DNA from: Rhynchopus sp. YZ270_cl-10
Lineage: Eukaryota
NCBI GenBank assembly: GCA_964035575.1
Contig: OZ037834.1
Span: 744,001 to 808,000 of the forward strand
Length of the DNA stretch: 64,000 nt
Direction of reading: 5' to 3'
Position 1 is the stretch's first letter. The number at the start of each line of letters is the position of its first letter. The position numbers and the translations under genes were made by a program. Shown here in pieces: positions 11,247 to 23,599 of this stretch. The notes under the pieces were generated by a model that did not search any database, had not been told where the DNA came from, and was given only the letters and a program-made list of their open reading frames with translations.

Positions 11247-11693
11247 ACGTATGTGAGTTACCTCGGTGTGCAACGCATCCCACCCCTTTGTCTTGGCTTC
11301 ACTTTCCCTCCCCTCATTCCAACACAAGGACATCTCCCCTGTGCGTGCACCGCTTAGTGGTGTCCTTGTCACCTGTATCATACCCCACCCCATTACCTTA
11401 CCTGCTTGCATGCCCCTGAGAGATACGAAGGAAAGTAAATATTAAACATACTGTGGGTGTTATAACGTTATCTATAACGTTAATAACGTTATTAAAAGTG
11501 TTATTTTTGTTATTTTTTTTCCTATCTACTTCTAAGGGCCAGGAGTGGTTCGGAACGTGCCCAAAAACCTCTTTTTGTTGTAACCCCCCCAAAAAAATTT
11601 TTTTGGGGGGGTTACAACAAAAAAAATGCCCCAAAAACATGTTTTTTTCATATTTTTAAAAAATTCCAACAAAAAAAGTGTTATTGGAGTGTT

Positions 11694-12400
11694 CACGGCG
11701 TACGAAAGCGCTTGAAGCGTTTTTTTTTTTTCGGGGGGAAAAAAAAGCACTTTTCGCTTGATGAAAAAAAAAAGCGCTTTTTTTTTTTGTGTGGGGTTTT
11801 TGGTAAGGCGTACCTGTTCTCATGTTTTTTTTGATATTTTGGTTGTTTTTTTGCGTTGGGGTCAGCCCCGCCGCCAGGATTTTTGAGTTTTGAAAAACTT
11901 CTGTTGATGGTCCCAAAAAAAACCCCCTGCAATCGTAGCCTCCGGCAGAGAGACGAATATTACCCAAGCACAGTCAGAGTTCCTCCGAATCAGCGACATT
12001 CGCTCCTTCTCACTTCCTACCGGGCTGTTGTGCAGGAGGCATGTACATTGTACTCTTCCGTGGCCGGTGCAGGTGGCCGTGCACAAGCCGCAGTGGATGT
12101 CAGCCTTCTTATCAGTAAACAGCAGTCATGGCACCCAAAGGTTCCTGGCGAAGCCACGGTACGCAACATTTCTAAAAAATGTTGCCATAAAATGGCACTG
12201 CGTTCGTAATTTTTGTCAGAAAAATGCCCACAGCGGGAAATCGGCGACTCGATAAATTTGGTTTGGGTCACTTGTAGTGTGGACTTAAACCCCCTTAACA
12301 AACCCCTTCAGGAAAAAAAAGCGCTTTTTCCTAAAAATTCAAGCGCTTTTTTTTTTGAAAATTTCTCAAAAAACTCCTCGAAGCGCTTTCGTACGCCGTG
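11694..12400. mobile_element. Nested MITE, CAC..GTG ends, 6-bp TSD
   Basis: TIRs CACGGCGTACGAAAGCGCTT / AAGCGCTTTCGTACGCCGTG. TSD AGTGTT on both sides. Confidence 0.88.
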
Positions 12401-13922
12401 AGTGTTATTTGAGTGTTATTTTTAACATTTTTTTTTCACAAAAATGCCAAAAATGCCAGATTTTGCCAACAAAAATACCAAAAATGGCCGAAAGTTACAT
12501 ATTTTTACCTCCTACACGCCAAAAATCCACCAAAAATGTGTCCCGAGAAAAAATGAGTCCCAAAAATAGCCACTCTCAAAAAAGTTCCTATTTAAAAATT
12601 CTTCCAAAACATAACTTACAATTAGTAATTTTCATTGACGCGCAATTATTGACGAGCACAAAATCCTGTTACAGGCGTGCAATGTGTAACCGCTAAAGAC
12701 GCCTCCCTAAAGCGATGGTGGTAGGTGAAGGGGAGGGAGGAGGTGAAAAGTGCAAGGGGGGTCTGGAGGACCCCGGGAGAGCTTGTTAGACGTACCCGCG
12801 TAATGCAGGATACATAAAGACGCGTTCCTCCGTCCCAGATGGGTCATCGCTTGCACTTCTTCATTGAACCAACGACCTCCGTTGTTTTGGTCACCCCGGC
12901 TCGCTGATTTTGAGACCAAATATTTTCCCCAGCAATTTTTACCCACAAAAAATTGGGAATTTTTTGTTTTTGCTGCCTGATATGTTGTGCAGGTCTGGAG
13001 TGGAAGCGTGTAATTACAAATACTTAATTACACAGTTTCCACTCATTTTCCACAGAAAAATCCCAGACCTAGACCCATCACAAGAGCTTGTCAAGAGCTT
13101 GTAATAATCTACAAAACTCTAATAATACTCTAATAAATCACTCATAATTGATTTTAGTTTTGTTTTACACCACCCCCATAGACCACCCTAATTATTATGA
13201 AACTCTTAGTCAGTCACTGCTATAGCCATTTAACCCAGGGAGCATAGCGTGTGCAAGAAATTCGACTTTGGAAACCTTCTGGAAAGTCTGTCCTCTGCTC
13301 GCGGAGGACTAGGCACAAGAAAATATTGCGTTCCCCCAGAAACCAGTTTTTGTCACAGTAATTTTTGCCCAGGGCATGCTCTTGAAGCATGGCAGCTTGG
13401 TGTGAGAAGGGGCAGTGTGTTGTTTTGTTCTAGATTTCAACGGTTGTTAGAACGAGTCAAGTGGATGCTTATCTAAACACTGACTTTAGTACAGACCCGA
13501 GAGATCACACATGACTTTGAGGAAAGAACAAAGCAATGCATCTGTACCCGCACGCCAGGTTGTAGTTACTTCAGAATTTTCTTAAGTTTGCATGAAAGAG
13601 AAGGGGGCGAAACCTTTGTATACGTTTACGACGAAGGTAGTAGCCCAATGACAACCATGTGGTGGCTGTAATTCACATCCCTTAGAATTACCAGAATTCA
13701 GCCTTTGTTGAAGTAACGTGCATACTTGTATGTGCGTGTCACGCTTCTCCACCCTTATATGGGTGCACCGCTCGGTGAGCAGTGGTAACCCTTCTTGACT
13801 AGTGCAAACTTAAGAATTTTCTGCTGGAACTTACCAAAATCGATTTTCTTTCACCCCAAACACCCGCAACACCCCACCTGCTACTTCGGTAGCCTGTGTT
13901 GTTGGGAGTTGGTTCTCATGTT

Positions 13923-14152
13923 GATCCCCAGTGTTTTGCACTGCTTCTTCTGAGCCCAACGCTGTTTGGCCTGTCGACGTAATAAATACGAAGACAGGGG
14001 GGCGGTGCCAACAATTTTCCAATGATGTAACGTTTATCTGATTGATTTATCGGTTGATATACCTTGGCAATGCTTGTGTGCTACTTCATGCACACCAAGA
14101 AAGGTATATTGAACGGTACTTTCAAGCGATACTTCGTTATGTCATTGGGGGT
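13923..14152. repeat. Dispersed ~230-bp repeat with an inverted copy in the riboflavin-gene intron
   Basis: Reverse complement of ~58860-59079 (for example GACAGGGGGGCGGTGCCAACAATTTTCCAATGATGTAACG). Confidence 0.85.
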
Positions 14153-14702
14153 TATAAGGAGGCACGGCAAAAATGCGCATTTTTGATATTTTTGATATTT
14201 TTGGCAGAATTTTTTGGGCGTTTTGGCGTTTTTTAGGGGGGAAAAATAGTGAGGGGAGTTGGGTCCAGTCATAGGAAGTGTAGAGAATTTTTGAAAAATT
14301 CTTCCATTGGAATAAGGGTTTGCGGGCCTTGCCCTCTGAGGTGTTAGAAGGTTTGCAGGTTTGCAGGTTTAAGGAGGCGAATCTGTGTGGATGAGGGTTG
14401 AGGGTGCTTAGATGGGGTATGATACTGAGGTGCTTAAATGGTGGTTTTGTAGGTTACATAGTCACGAGACTGCCCTTGTATTAAAAGGGGGAGAGGGGAG
14501 ATGATAGGGGACAAGGCTACCAACCCGACTTAAACCGACTCAGTAGGGTCAGGTCGGACCGACCCAAACCTACCCAGCAAAAAGGTCCAAAAATAGATGT
14601 CAATTTTGAGACACTTTTTTTCCACTTTTTTCCTTAGGGATTTTTCCAGGTACTTAGCGAAGCGTTAGGGCGACTTAAGTCCCTTGGCCCCAGCGCCCTA
14701 TG

Positions 14703-14904
14703 CATAGTGTGCAGACGAACATTTTTGGACCGACGAACAAAATGTTCGTCGGTTTTGTTCGTCGATGTTCGTCGACGAACATCGACGAACAGGTCCCTGC
14801 CACAAGGGCAACCCACGACGAACATCGACGAACAACGACGAACAAAAATTTTTCCCCCCCCCACGACGAACATCGACGAACATTTTGTTCGTCTGCACAC
14901 TATG
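14703..14904. mobile_element. Nested MITE, CAT..ATG ends, 6-bp TSD, internal GACGAAC motifs
   Basis: TIRs CATAGTGTGCAGACGAACA / TGTTCGTCTGCACACTATG. TSD CCTATG on both sides. Confidence 0.88.
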
Positions 14905-16025
14905 CCTATGGGGCGCCTCCTCGTCGGGCCGTTAGGGCCCTCCGGTGGCCAGGTTCTTTCTCTGGGCTTAGAGGCTCGAAGTTCCCCGTCAGATTGGAGC
15001 TGGTGTGCTTTATGAGGCTCGCTCGTCTAGATTGAGGCTCGCTCGTCCGGATTGGGCTAGCTCGTCCGCCTTCGGCTAGACCCTCCGCCTTTGGGTGGGC
15101 TCGTGTATCTTCGTTATGTACGTACGGGTTCGATACTCTGGTTGGAGTGTGACAGCACGTCATTTCTTGAGCACGTTGGTAACACACGAAGTGCAATGGC
15201 GATAATGGAAAGATAGATGCCGGCATTGGTGAATTGCTGGAGTTCTGCACAGGAAGCCAGCATGACGTAGAATCACTGTGTGAACAAAATGACCGTATTT
15301 TGGTTGAAAATTTGACTTGAAATTTTTTTTCATAATTTGCCCAATCGAAGGTTTTCCTTGGATTTTTTGGGCCATTTTATGACGTACCACGCCCGATTTT
15401 GGGCGAAAAAAAAATTTTTTTTTTGGTCAAAAATCGCCTTGTATTACCACTGTATTGGTGTAGGCTCGTACAGAAGTGTGTTTTGTGTAACCACAGATGG
15501 TCAAAACACCCGATTTTTGCATTTTTTTTGCATTTTTTGGTGCCCAAAGACCCACCTCAGTGGTCGAAATTTTCCCGGAAAAAAATTTTTTTTTTTTGAG
15601 ATTTTTCGATTTTTTGACAAGGCGCTGGCCCATACAAAGTGCACTGGTGGTGCAGAAAATGGCTGGGGAATAAACTCTAGATGCTCAAAACAGCCCAATT
15701 CTTGCTTTTTTTGACTTTTTGGTCCCAGAAGGGTGCCTAGGGTGTAGTGAGCAGGCCTCAAAAACACTTGCGAAAAAAAAATTGGGATTTTTTTTTTTGA
15801 GATTTTTCCAAAAAATCGACTTGTCTGTGGTAAAAATCACGAAATTTTGGGTTCGCGGAACCGCGTTTTAGACCCCCCTAGATGCTCAAAAGTGCCAAAT
15901 TTTGCTTTTAATGGCCTCAAATCGTCGAAATTAGCCCTATATAGGGGCAAAAAAAAAAAATTCGAGGGTCTAGGTATGGAGAGCGAGCACCTTAGAAGGA
16001 GATCGGACCAAAAAAGGTACCCTAA

Positions 16026-16141
16026 GGAGGCACGGCACTTTTGTGGAATTTTGTGGAATTTTGTGGAATTTTTTATAAGGGGAAAAAGTAGAAGTCGAGT
16101 TTTTGAAATTCCACAAAATTCCACAAAAGTGCCGTGCCTCC
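16026..16141. mobile_element. PIF/Harbinger-type MITE (TAA TSD)
   Basis: TIRs GGAGGCACGGCACTTTTGTGGAATTTTGTGGAATTT and its reverse complement, with TAA on both sides. A further left end TAA|GGAGGCACGGCA lies at 14158. Confidence 0.8.
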
Positions 16142-17891
16142 TAACGGTGTTATAACGTTATCGATAACGTTATAACACTTTTATTTTTTGTTATAACGTT
16201 ATTGGATAACGTTATAACAAAAATAACGTTATAACAAAAATAACGTTATACATAACGTTATAACACCCACAGTATGACTAAAGACGTCCTTTCAACAGCC
16301 CAGTGGAAGTGACTCCGTGAGTTAAAGGAGGGGCAAAATGAAAAAAAAACAACCATTTTTTGCGGCCACGGTTTTTCGCAAAACGAACCCCGCAAAATGG
16401 CCTTGTCAGAACCACCAATTTGGGTACTTTTCTGCCACTCTGATCACAGAAACGTCACAAAAAAAATCACAAGGAGGGAAATGCCGGGGGGAAAGCGGAA
16501 AACCCATGTTATTTTTTTGTGTTTTTATTGTAATTCGCGTTTCAGATTTGGTGTATTTTTTTTTTTTGGAAAATTTCTGTGTTTTGTTGTAATGTTTTTT
16601 GTGATTTATTGTGATTGGCCCAGCTGCTCCCCCTACACACTACCACGTGTATCTGACGACGACGACCCAGTGCAGCACCAACCGGACCATAGGCTTTTCT
16701 CAGCACGGTGATGCGTGAAGGGGCCAGATGGGGAGAACGTAGAGGGCAAGATCAAGGAAGTGAAGGAGAAGTTTTGGGCTTGTGAACTCTGCTTCAACGA
16801 CTTGGAGAAGATGTTCTGGATCAACAAAGCAACTCTGCCTGCCAAGGCTGACATGTCAACGTTTTGTTCCTTTCTTCTGTTATTTTTTTTTGCTTTGTTT
16901 TACTTTTCCCTATTCTACGACCTTCCTTCACCCTAACGGAACTTCAATTATATTTCTAAATCAAAGTTACTTCTGCAAGCTGTTGTGTAAGTTGTCGAGA
17001 AAGTTAGCCAAGTTGAAGTGAAGAAGTACCCACTCCTGCAGAAGCAAAAAAATGTACATTCATGAACCCCTGAGAAGCCCGTAAGTTTCTGTTCTCTTGT
17101 TCCCGCCTGCGTCAGCTGAGTCCTTTGTAGTGACACGTTTCTTTTTCAGATGAGATGGCAACATTGAAGATGAGAGCTCCTGGTGCAGACGTCAACCAAA
17201 CACAGGTGTGGGTCACAAAAATCCTTGTTTTCTTCCGACGGTGTGGTCAAATCCAAGGTGTTTGGCTAGCGACACGGCACTGTTTATGGGCACAATGTCA
17301 TAGCTTTTTTTGAAATCGACGGATATGCCGTAACGCTGTTCACCGTGGAGGTGTGCGTGCTCGAACTGTGCTGCAACAAAAAGTACCCCAGATCACCCCA
17401 ACATTTTTTTTCTCTATGTTAACACGAGCGGATTGGTTGATCTCTCAAACCTTTCACTTACAAATACTGTTTCCTTGAGCAAGAGAAAACCGAATAGTCG
17501 GAACGTAGTGAGCGCACGGAAACCCGAATAATATAGCCAACGGTTAATCGCCTGATACCGACCATTGTCTCCCTCCCTTTAAAACACTTGCCCTGCGTTC
17601 AACGAAAGGTGTCCTGTTGGTGACGCCGTTTCTAAGGTTGACAACACCACTGTTGTGTTCGTCAGCTGTGGGTAGGAAGCAGTGCGAAAGGAGGATCTTT
17701 GCCAAACCAACGTTTCCCCCAATCCCTCCCTCCCCTTTACACACATTGTCCACATGAGACAGTGCCTCGTGTGCACCCAGCAAGACGTCTGGATGAGTAC
17801 ACGTAATAATTGTTAGTTCTTGCCCTGTTTCTGTCACTTCATTGCATCATGTTTTTAAGAGTGCACAACGCATTCATTGTTTTGTGACGTA

Positions 17892-18019
17892 GCTTGCGAA
17901 GCTTGCGAAGCTTGCGAAGCTTGCGAAGCTTGCGAAGCTTGCGAAGCTTGCGAAGCTTGCGAAGCTTGCGAAGCTTGCGAAGCTTGCGAAGCTTGCTAAG
18001 CTTGTGAAGCTTGTGAAGC
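17892..18019. repeat. 9-bp tandem repeat (GCTTGCGAA)n, ~14 copies, at the site paralogous to 11114
   Basis: Direct reading. One-base variant of the 11114 unit at the same position in the spacer repeat. Confidence 0.97.
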
Positions 18020-18325
18020 GCATGGGGCACCCTGAGCTTCCCAAAGGAACAATAACAAAAAGTAAAGCGCAAAATACCTCCTTTGTTGCTCCCTCACACC
18101 CTTACGACAGCGACTGTGTCGGCCATTTTCCGTTCACTGCACACAACCCACTCTTGAGACCCTTCTTCACAGCTGTCTGTGCTGCTGGTGGTGCATCACC
18201 ACACAACCTCTGTTGCTGGGACAGGCATCACCTTTGTTCAAGTTTCTTTGTGTCCACAACACCACACCACACAGGTACTTCCTTCTCTCCCTACCCCTTC
18301 CCACCCCTCCTTCCACAAAACGAAA

Positions 18326-20740
18326 ATGGGTGCCGCAAAGGGCGCGTCTCCCACCGCACCACCGATGGCTGAGTGTGACAAGGTTGGATGCACCTCGCCT
18401 GCAGAGCTGCAGTGTGGGTTCTGCAACGAGATGTACTTCTGCAGCAAGGCGTCCTGCTTCGACGCTCTGCACCGTGAACCCGACCGTGCCGTGCACCGCA
18501 AGTCTGTCAGTGCGTATGGGACAACATCGATGTGTGCCCTGCATCGGGGCCAAGAGCTGCGCCTCATCTGTGAAGACCCTGCATGTGGAAAAGCCTTGCT
18601 CTGCACGTCCTGCGTCACGACGGAACACGTGGGACACACCACAACCGACATCCCGCAGTACATGGAGCGTGTGCGCGGAACCCTCTGCACACATGAGGCA
18701 GATCTGAGGAAGCGACGCACTGCTGCAGAGGAGGAGTGCCGTGTGCTTGAGGGATTGGGTGTCAGGTGCAAAGACCATCTGCAGCAGACAGAGCGCGGGT
18801 ACCTCTTTATGGCGGAGGGCTGGACACGCAGCCACATTGAGAGCGAGGAGGAGGTGTCAAGGAAGCTCCACACACAGCTGTACAGTATTGCAGGTGACGT
18901 GTCTGCACTGAAGGCGTTCAGCGCACATGCGGACGACGTGGTTGCTACGTGCAAGGATGTGTGCCAGCTTGGGCCTGATGTCGCACAGCGCATGATCACA
19001 CAGTCGCAGGAGATCATGCACACCATAGCAAGCATCCCACCGAACATGAACCGCCACCGCCTTGTGGGTGTTGTCTCCCCACACGCAGAGCTTTCCGTGA
19101 CACTGCCTGAGTGTGTTGCAAGCCTGCACGACGACCTTGCCCAGAGTTTGCGAGTTGGTGTGTCTCTGCCTGTGGAGTGCTTTGATGGCGAGATGCACAA
19201 GGTTGAGGTGGGTGAGGAGGACACAGCCGCAGACTTGCATCGGAAGGTGGTGTCTGCAGTGGGGTTGCCTGAAGAGGTGGTGCACGTGAGCTACAAGGGC
19301 GAAGCGATTGTGGAGGGAGAGGACATGTGGCCAGCGCCGCTGCGTGCAGACAGGATCGTGGTGACGAAGACAACGAAGTACGAAGCCACCACTGCACTGG
19401 AGGCATTGGGTGTGCCAGCGCACGCAGAGTCGCTGCAGCGTGTGGACGATGCAAAGGTGGCCTGCTTGCTTCTGCAGGCGGAGGTTGCGACTGCAATTCC
19501 CGACAGGGTCCTGTCCGGTGCAATATTCACAACACTCGACCTGACCGGCACGGGCTTGAGCTTTATTACGACTGTTGGTGAGAGCTTTCTTCGCAGTTGT
19601 CCGAACCTGACAACAGCCAACATCTCAGGCTTGACTGGCGTGACTGCGATTGGGACGCACTTCCTGAGTGGGTGCCCGTCTCTGACAGAGCTTGTCGCTG
19701 ACTTGAGCCATGTGACCGCCATACCAGACTTCTTTCTCCACCAGTGCACGGCACTGACGAACGTCGACGTCACCAGTTGGAACAGCGTGACCTCGATTGG
19801 GAAGAGCTTCTGTCGCAGGTGCGCATCGTTGGAAAGCTTCGACCTGACTGGGTTCGTGAATGTCACTGCCATTAAGGATGGTTTCCTGCAGGAGTGTGCG
19901 TTGCTGAGACGCCTCGACCTCTCTTGCATGAGCAGTCTCGCCGAGGTTGGTGATGGCTTTCTGAAGGACTGCCGGACACTGACAGACGTGGACGTGTCTG
20001 GTCTGCCCAGTCTGGGTGTGATCGGGAACAGCTTCCTCGATGGCTGTTCGGCACTGAAAACACTCAACCTATGTGGCTTCGAAGGTGTGACCGCAATTGG
20101 CACTCACTTCGCTTACAATTGCACACTGCTGCAAGCAGTGAGCATTTCAGGCTTGAACAGCGTGGCTGCGATTGGGAAGTGCTGCCTTGCCGGGTGCACG
20201 ATGCTGAAGACACTTACGATCACTGGCTTGACAGCGCTGCCTCGTATCGAAGACTCCTTCGCTTCAAACTGTGTGTCGTTGACGTCACTGAACATTGCTG
20301 GTTTGCGCAGTGTGACCGTTCTTGGGGACGACTTCCTGTCCGGGTGCCCGAATTTAAGAGGACACGACTTCACTGCCTTGTCAGGCGTCACTGGCAAGCT
20401 CCCTTCAGGGGTGTGCGTACTTGGCACCGCCAAACCAGATGGAGTTGCAAGAGGAGCAGCTTCAGCTTCAGAAGCCGAAGAAGGAGGAACAGCACCCTGC
20501 AGTGCAGGAACACGACCATCTGGAGGAACAGCAACACAGAAAGGAGGCAGAGTATCGACTGTGGATGCAGCAGGCGCGGCGCCGATGACCTCTCAGACAC
20601 CAGTCTATTTTGGGAGCTTTTTTATAGTTACCATTGCGTTGTGTGTGTTTTCTCTGCTGACCGGCACGGGATTGAGCCTGGGCTTGAGCTTTGTTATTGC
20701 ATTGTGTTTGTGTTTGTGTGCGTGGATTTTTTTCCTGTGA
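18326..20740 (+). CDS. B-box/coiled-coil/Ubl/LRR protein, copy 2 (804 aa) with Ala/Ser/Thr stalk and C-terminal hydrophobic anchor
   Basis: Near-identical to copy 1 up to ..ALSGVT, then GKLPSGVCV.. and the hydrophobic end FGSFFIVTIALCVFSLL...LSFVIALCLCLCAWIFFL. Confidence 0.85.
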   Translation: MGAAKGASPTAPPMAECDKVGCTSPAELQCGFCNEMYFCSKASCFDALHREPDRAVHRKSVSAYGTTSMCALHRGQELRLICEDPACGKALLCTSCVTTEHVGHTTTDIPQYMERVRGTLCTHEADLRKRRTAAEEECRVLEGLGVRCKDHLQQTERGYLFMAEGWTRSHIESEEEVSRKLHTQLYSIAGDVSALKAFSAHADDVVATCKDVCQLGPDVAQRMITQSQEIMHTIASIPPNMNRHRLVGVVSPHAELSVTLPECVASLHDDLAQSLRVGVSLPVECFDGEMHKVEVGEEDTAADLHRKVVSAVGLPEEVVHVSYKGEAIVEGEDMWPAPLRADRIVVTKTTKYEATTALEALGVPAHAESLQRVDDAKVACLLLQAEVATAIPDRVLSGAIFTTLDLTGTGLSFITTVGESFLRSCPNLTTANISGLTGVTAIGTHFLSGCPSLTELVADLSHVTAIPDFFLHQCTALTNVDVTSWNSVTSIGKSFCRRCASLESFDLTGFVNVTAIKDGFLQECALLRRLDLSCMSSLAEVGDGFLKDCRTLTDVDVSGLPSLGVIGNSFLDGCSALKTLNLCGFEGVTAIGTHFAYNCTLLQAVSISGLNSVAAIGKCCLAGCTMLKTLTITGLTALPRIEDSFASNCVSLTSLNIAGLRSVTVLGDDFLSGCPNLRGHDFTALSGVTGKLPSGVCVLGTAKPDGVARGAASASEAEEGGTAPCSAGTRPSGGTATQKGGRVSTVDAAGAAPMTSQTPVYFGSFFIVTIALCVFSLLTGTGLSLGLSFVIALCLCLCAWIFFL

Positions 20741-20799
20741 GGATAAAACGAAAACGGAAATAAACCTTGTGAAATGAGAGTGGAGGTTTTTTTGTAATA

Positions 20800-21519
20800 C
20801 CGTCTTTTGAAAAATTATGGACCAGAAAAATAGGTCCATAAAAAAAAAAATCCCAAAAAGTCCATAATTGTTCTGGTCCATCATTGTTCTGGTCCATGTT
20901 ATTTCTGGTCCATCTGTGTTAGGCTTTTTTTTAACTTGTCCATTTTCAGACCCATTCCGAGCTTTCGGTACCGCACGTTGGCGGGGCATCTCGGCTTACA
21001 TGTGGCCCGGTAGACCCATTCCGAGCTTTCTCCCCACACAAGCGGTCGTCGCACGCGCTTCGCGCGCGCGACTCCCTGTCAAAATTCTGGACAAGTACAA
21101 AAAAACCCCACACATGTGTCGGACCAGAAAAATAGGTCCATAAAAAAAAAAAATCCCAAAAGGTCCATAATCATGGATAGAGAACGCGCGCCGACGCAAA
21201 AAAACAGAAAAAAGGACGCGCGTGGACGCGCGTCCTTTTTTGTGTTTTTTTTACCCTTTTACTCACGCGTACACGGGGTGGGGGGGGTGGGGGGAGTATA
21301 CCCCCCCACCACCCCACCCCCCCTGCTAGGGGCCGCAGTAGGGGTTTTTGGGTGTATTTTTAGGACGCGCGTAAAAAAAAAACACACACAAAAATACGCG
21401 CGTACGCGCGTCTACGCGCGTAGTTGCGTCCACGCGCGTTCTCTATCCATGCATAATTGTTCTGGTCCATCATTATTCTGGTCCATGTTATTTCTGGTCC
21501 ATATTTTTTCAAAAGACGG
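20800..21519. mobile_element. Tc1/mariner(pogo)-type MITE, TA TSD
   Basis: TA|CCGTCTTTTGAAAAA.TATGGACCAGAAA ... TTTCTGGTCCATATTTTTTCAAAAGACGG|TA. Confidence 0.85.
21172..21451. mobile_element. Nested MITE, CAT..ATG ends, 6-bp TSD, internal ACGCGCGT motifs
   Basis: TIRs CATGGATAGAGAACGCGCG / CGCGCGTTCTCTATCCATG. TSD CATAAT on both sides. Confidence 0.88.
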
Positions 21520-23599
21520 TATTTTATTCTCCCCATTACCACACACTTCGCAGAAAAACTCTTTTTATTGTTCCGTATCACTTGTGATACAGTTTCCATT
21601 GACTAGACCTGAAAAGGGGCAGCGCACAGGTGGTTCCGTGCTGGTTTTTCCACAGAACCGACACGTGGGGCGTGTCTCCCCAAATAGCAAAAAAGTACAT
21701 GAATATAAAATGTTGAAAGCAAAAAAGGAAGAACAAAACAATGTGGTTTTTCAAAGGGGACTATAAAATGCCCGAATCGTTAGGGGAATTCAAAAAATGA
21801 CATCCCCATGTCAGCGACCTGTCATGTATGTAGGGGGCCTTGCATATATTTACCGGTCCAGTGTCCGTAGTCCGCCGATGAACGGTGAGGCGGTTGCACT
21901 TTCAACTTTTCTTTTGTTTGTGTTTTTTTCCCCTACCCAAAAGCCTTGGAGTGCCGCTCATAATTTGTAAGGCTGCGGAGCAGCCGCACGGTGCGCTACT
22001 TTTTATTAGGGTAAGGTGACTAAGCACAAGAGGCTTAGGTTCATCTTATAAACTTTTCTTTTTTTAGTTTTGCCGATCCCTTTTTCTCGCCAGGCAGATC
22101 GGGTGAGTCCCAAAGATATAGTTTTGCGGTTTTGTGGTTTTGGGCTCGCGAGCTTTTTCACCCTTAAAAACAAGCTGTTGTGCAGGAGGCCGTACCTGGC
22201 ACTCTGTTTTCTCCCCCCTTTAAAACACTTGCGCAAAATTCAGATCTCACACTGTTTTGGCTGCGTTCAACGAAAGGTGTCCTGTTGGTGACACCGTTTC
22301 TATGGTCGACAACACCACTGTTGTGTTCGTCAGCTGTGGGTAGGAAGCAGTGCGAAAGGTGAATCTTTTCCAAACCAACGTTTCCCCTATCCCTTCCCTC
22401 CCCTTTACACACATTGTCCACATGAGACAGTGCCTCGTGTGCACCCAGCAAGATGGCTGGATGAACACACGTATTAAATAATTGTTAGTTCTTGCCCTGT
22501 TTCTCTCACTTCATTGCATCATGTTTTTAAGAGTGCACAACGCATTCATTGTTTTGTGACGTAGCTTGTGAAGCTTATGTGAGTTACCTGGTGTGCAAGC
22601 ACCCACCCCTTTGTCTTGGCTTCACTTTCCCTCCCCTCATTCCAACACACGGACATCTCCCCTGTCCGTGCACCGCTTAGTGGTCCTTGTCACCACCCTT
22701 TTTTGCGGAGTAAAAAAGGAAAAATAGCGCCGCAGGCAAAACAATATTTAAGGTACAGCCTCTCGGGTGCTCCTTTAGACCCTTCCCACGTGCAAAACCC
22801 TGCAGCATTTTTAGATTTTCCGATTTCTAATTTTCCCCCCCGCGGTTTGGAGACCGCGAAAAGGTACCACGCTATCCCTCTGCCATAAAACGCGTGATTC
22901 GCGAGCGGTTATGAACCGCCTCCGTTCTCTTACGGTACGGATCACCCATGTCCCACCCTTTGCATGAGCTCGACTAAGATGCGTTTTAGCACGTTTCAAC
23001 TACTCCTTATTTTTTACACAGGTGTCCTTTCTGTGACACCGTTTCTCAGGCTGCACAAAACGTGTTCGTCATGTGGGTTGGTACCCCGTGTGGTACGTTT
23101 CCCTCATTCCCTCCTCTTTACACATTGTCCACATGAGACAGTGCCTCGTGTGCACCCAGCAAGATGGCTGGATGAACACACGTATTAAATAATTGTTAGT
23201 TCTTGCCCTGTTTCTCTCACTTCATTGCATCATGTTTTTAAGAGTGCACAACGCATTCATTGTTTTGAAACGTAGCTTGTGAAGCTCGTGAAGCGCTTGC
23301 GGCACCCTGAGATTCCCAAAGGAACAATAACAAAAAGTAAAGCGCAAAATACCTCCTTTGTATCTCACCTGCCCCCCTCACACCCTTACGACAGCGACTG
23401 TGTCAGCCATTTTCCGTTCCCCACTCTTGAGACCCTTCTTCACAGCTGTCTGTGCTGCTGGTGGTGCATCACCACACAACCTCTGTTGCTGGGACAGGCA
23501 TCACCTCTGTTCAAGTTTCTTTGTGTCCGCAACACCACACCACACAGGTCCCTTCCTTCTCTCCCTACCCCTTTCTACCCCTCCTTCCACAAAACGAAA

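Larger units (their letters stand above)
11447..16276. mobile_element. Composite TIR element (CAT..ATG ends, 6-bp TSD) inflated by nested insertions
   Basis: TIRs CATACTGTGGGTGTTATAACGTTAT / ATAACGTTATAACACCCACAGTATG. Flanks ATTAAA / ACTAAA. An apparent empty paralogous site lies at ~44095-44190. Confidence 0.8.

Noticed and set aside
11059..11411. ORFs with CEA/HKL/FTS repeats; likewise LCTVYCV (28200-28677), LRK (17839-18072) and KR (31501-31749)
   Set aside because: Translations of microsatellites.
16322..17582. Possible Kolobok-like element (TTAA flanks) with a degenerate CxxC-containing coding fragment at ~16620-16860
   Set aside because: The terminal inverted match is weak and no transposase motif is recognisable, so it cannot be supported without a search.
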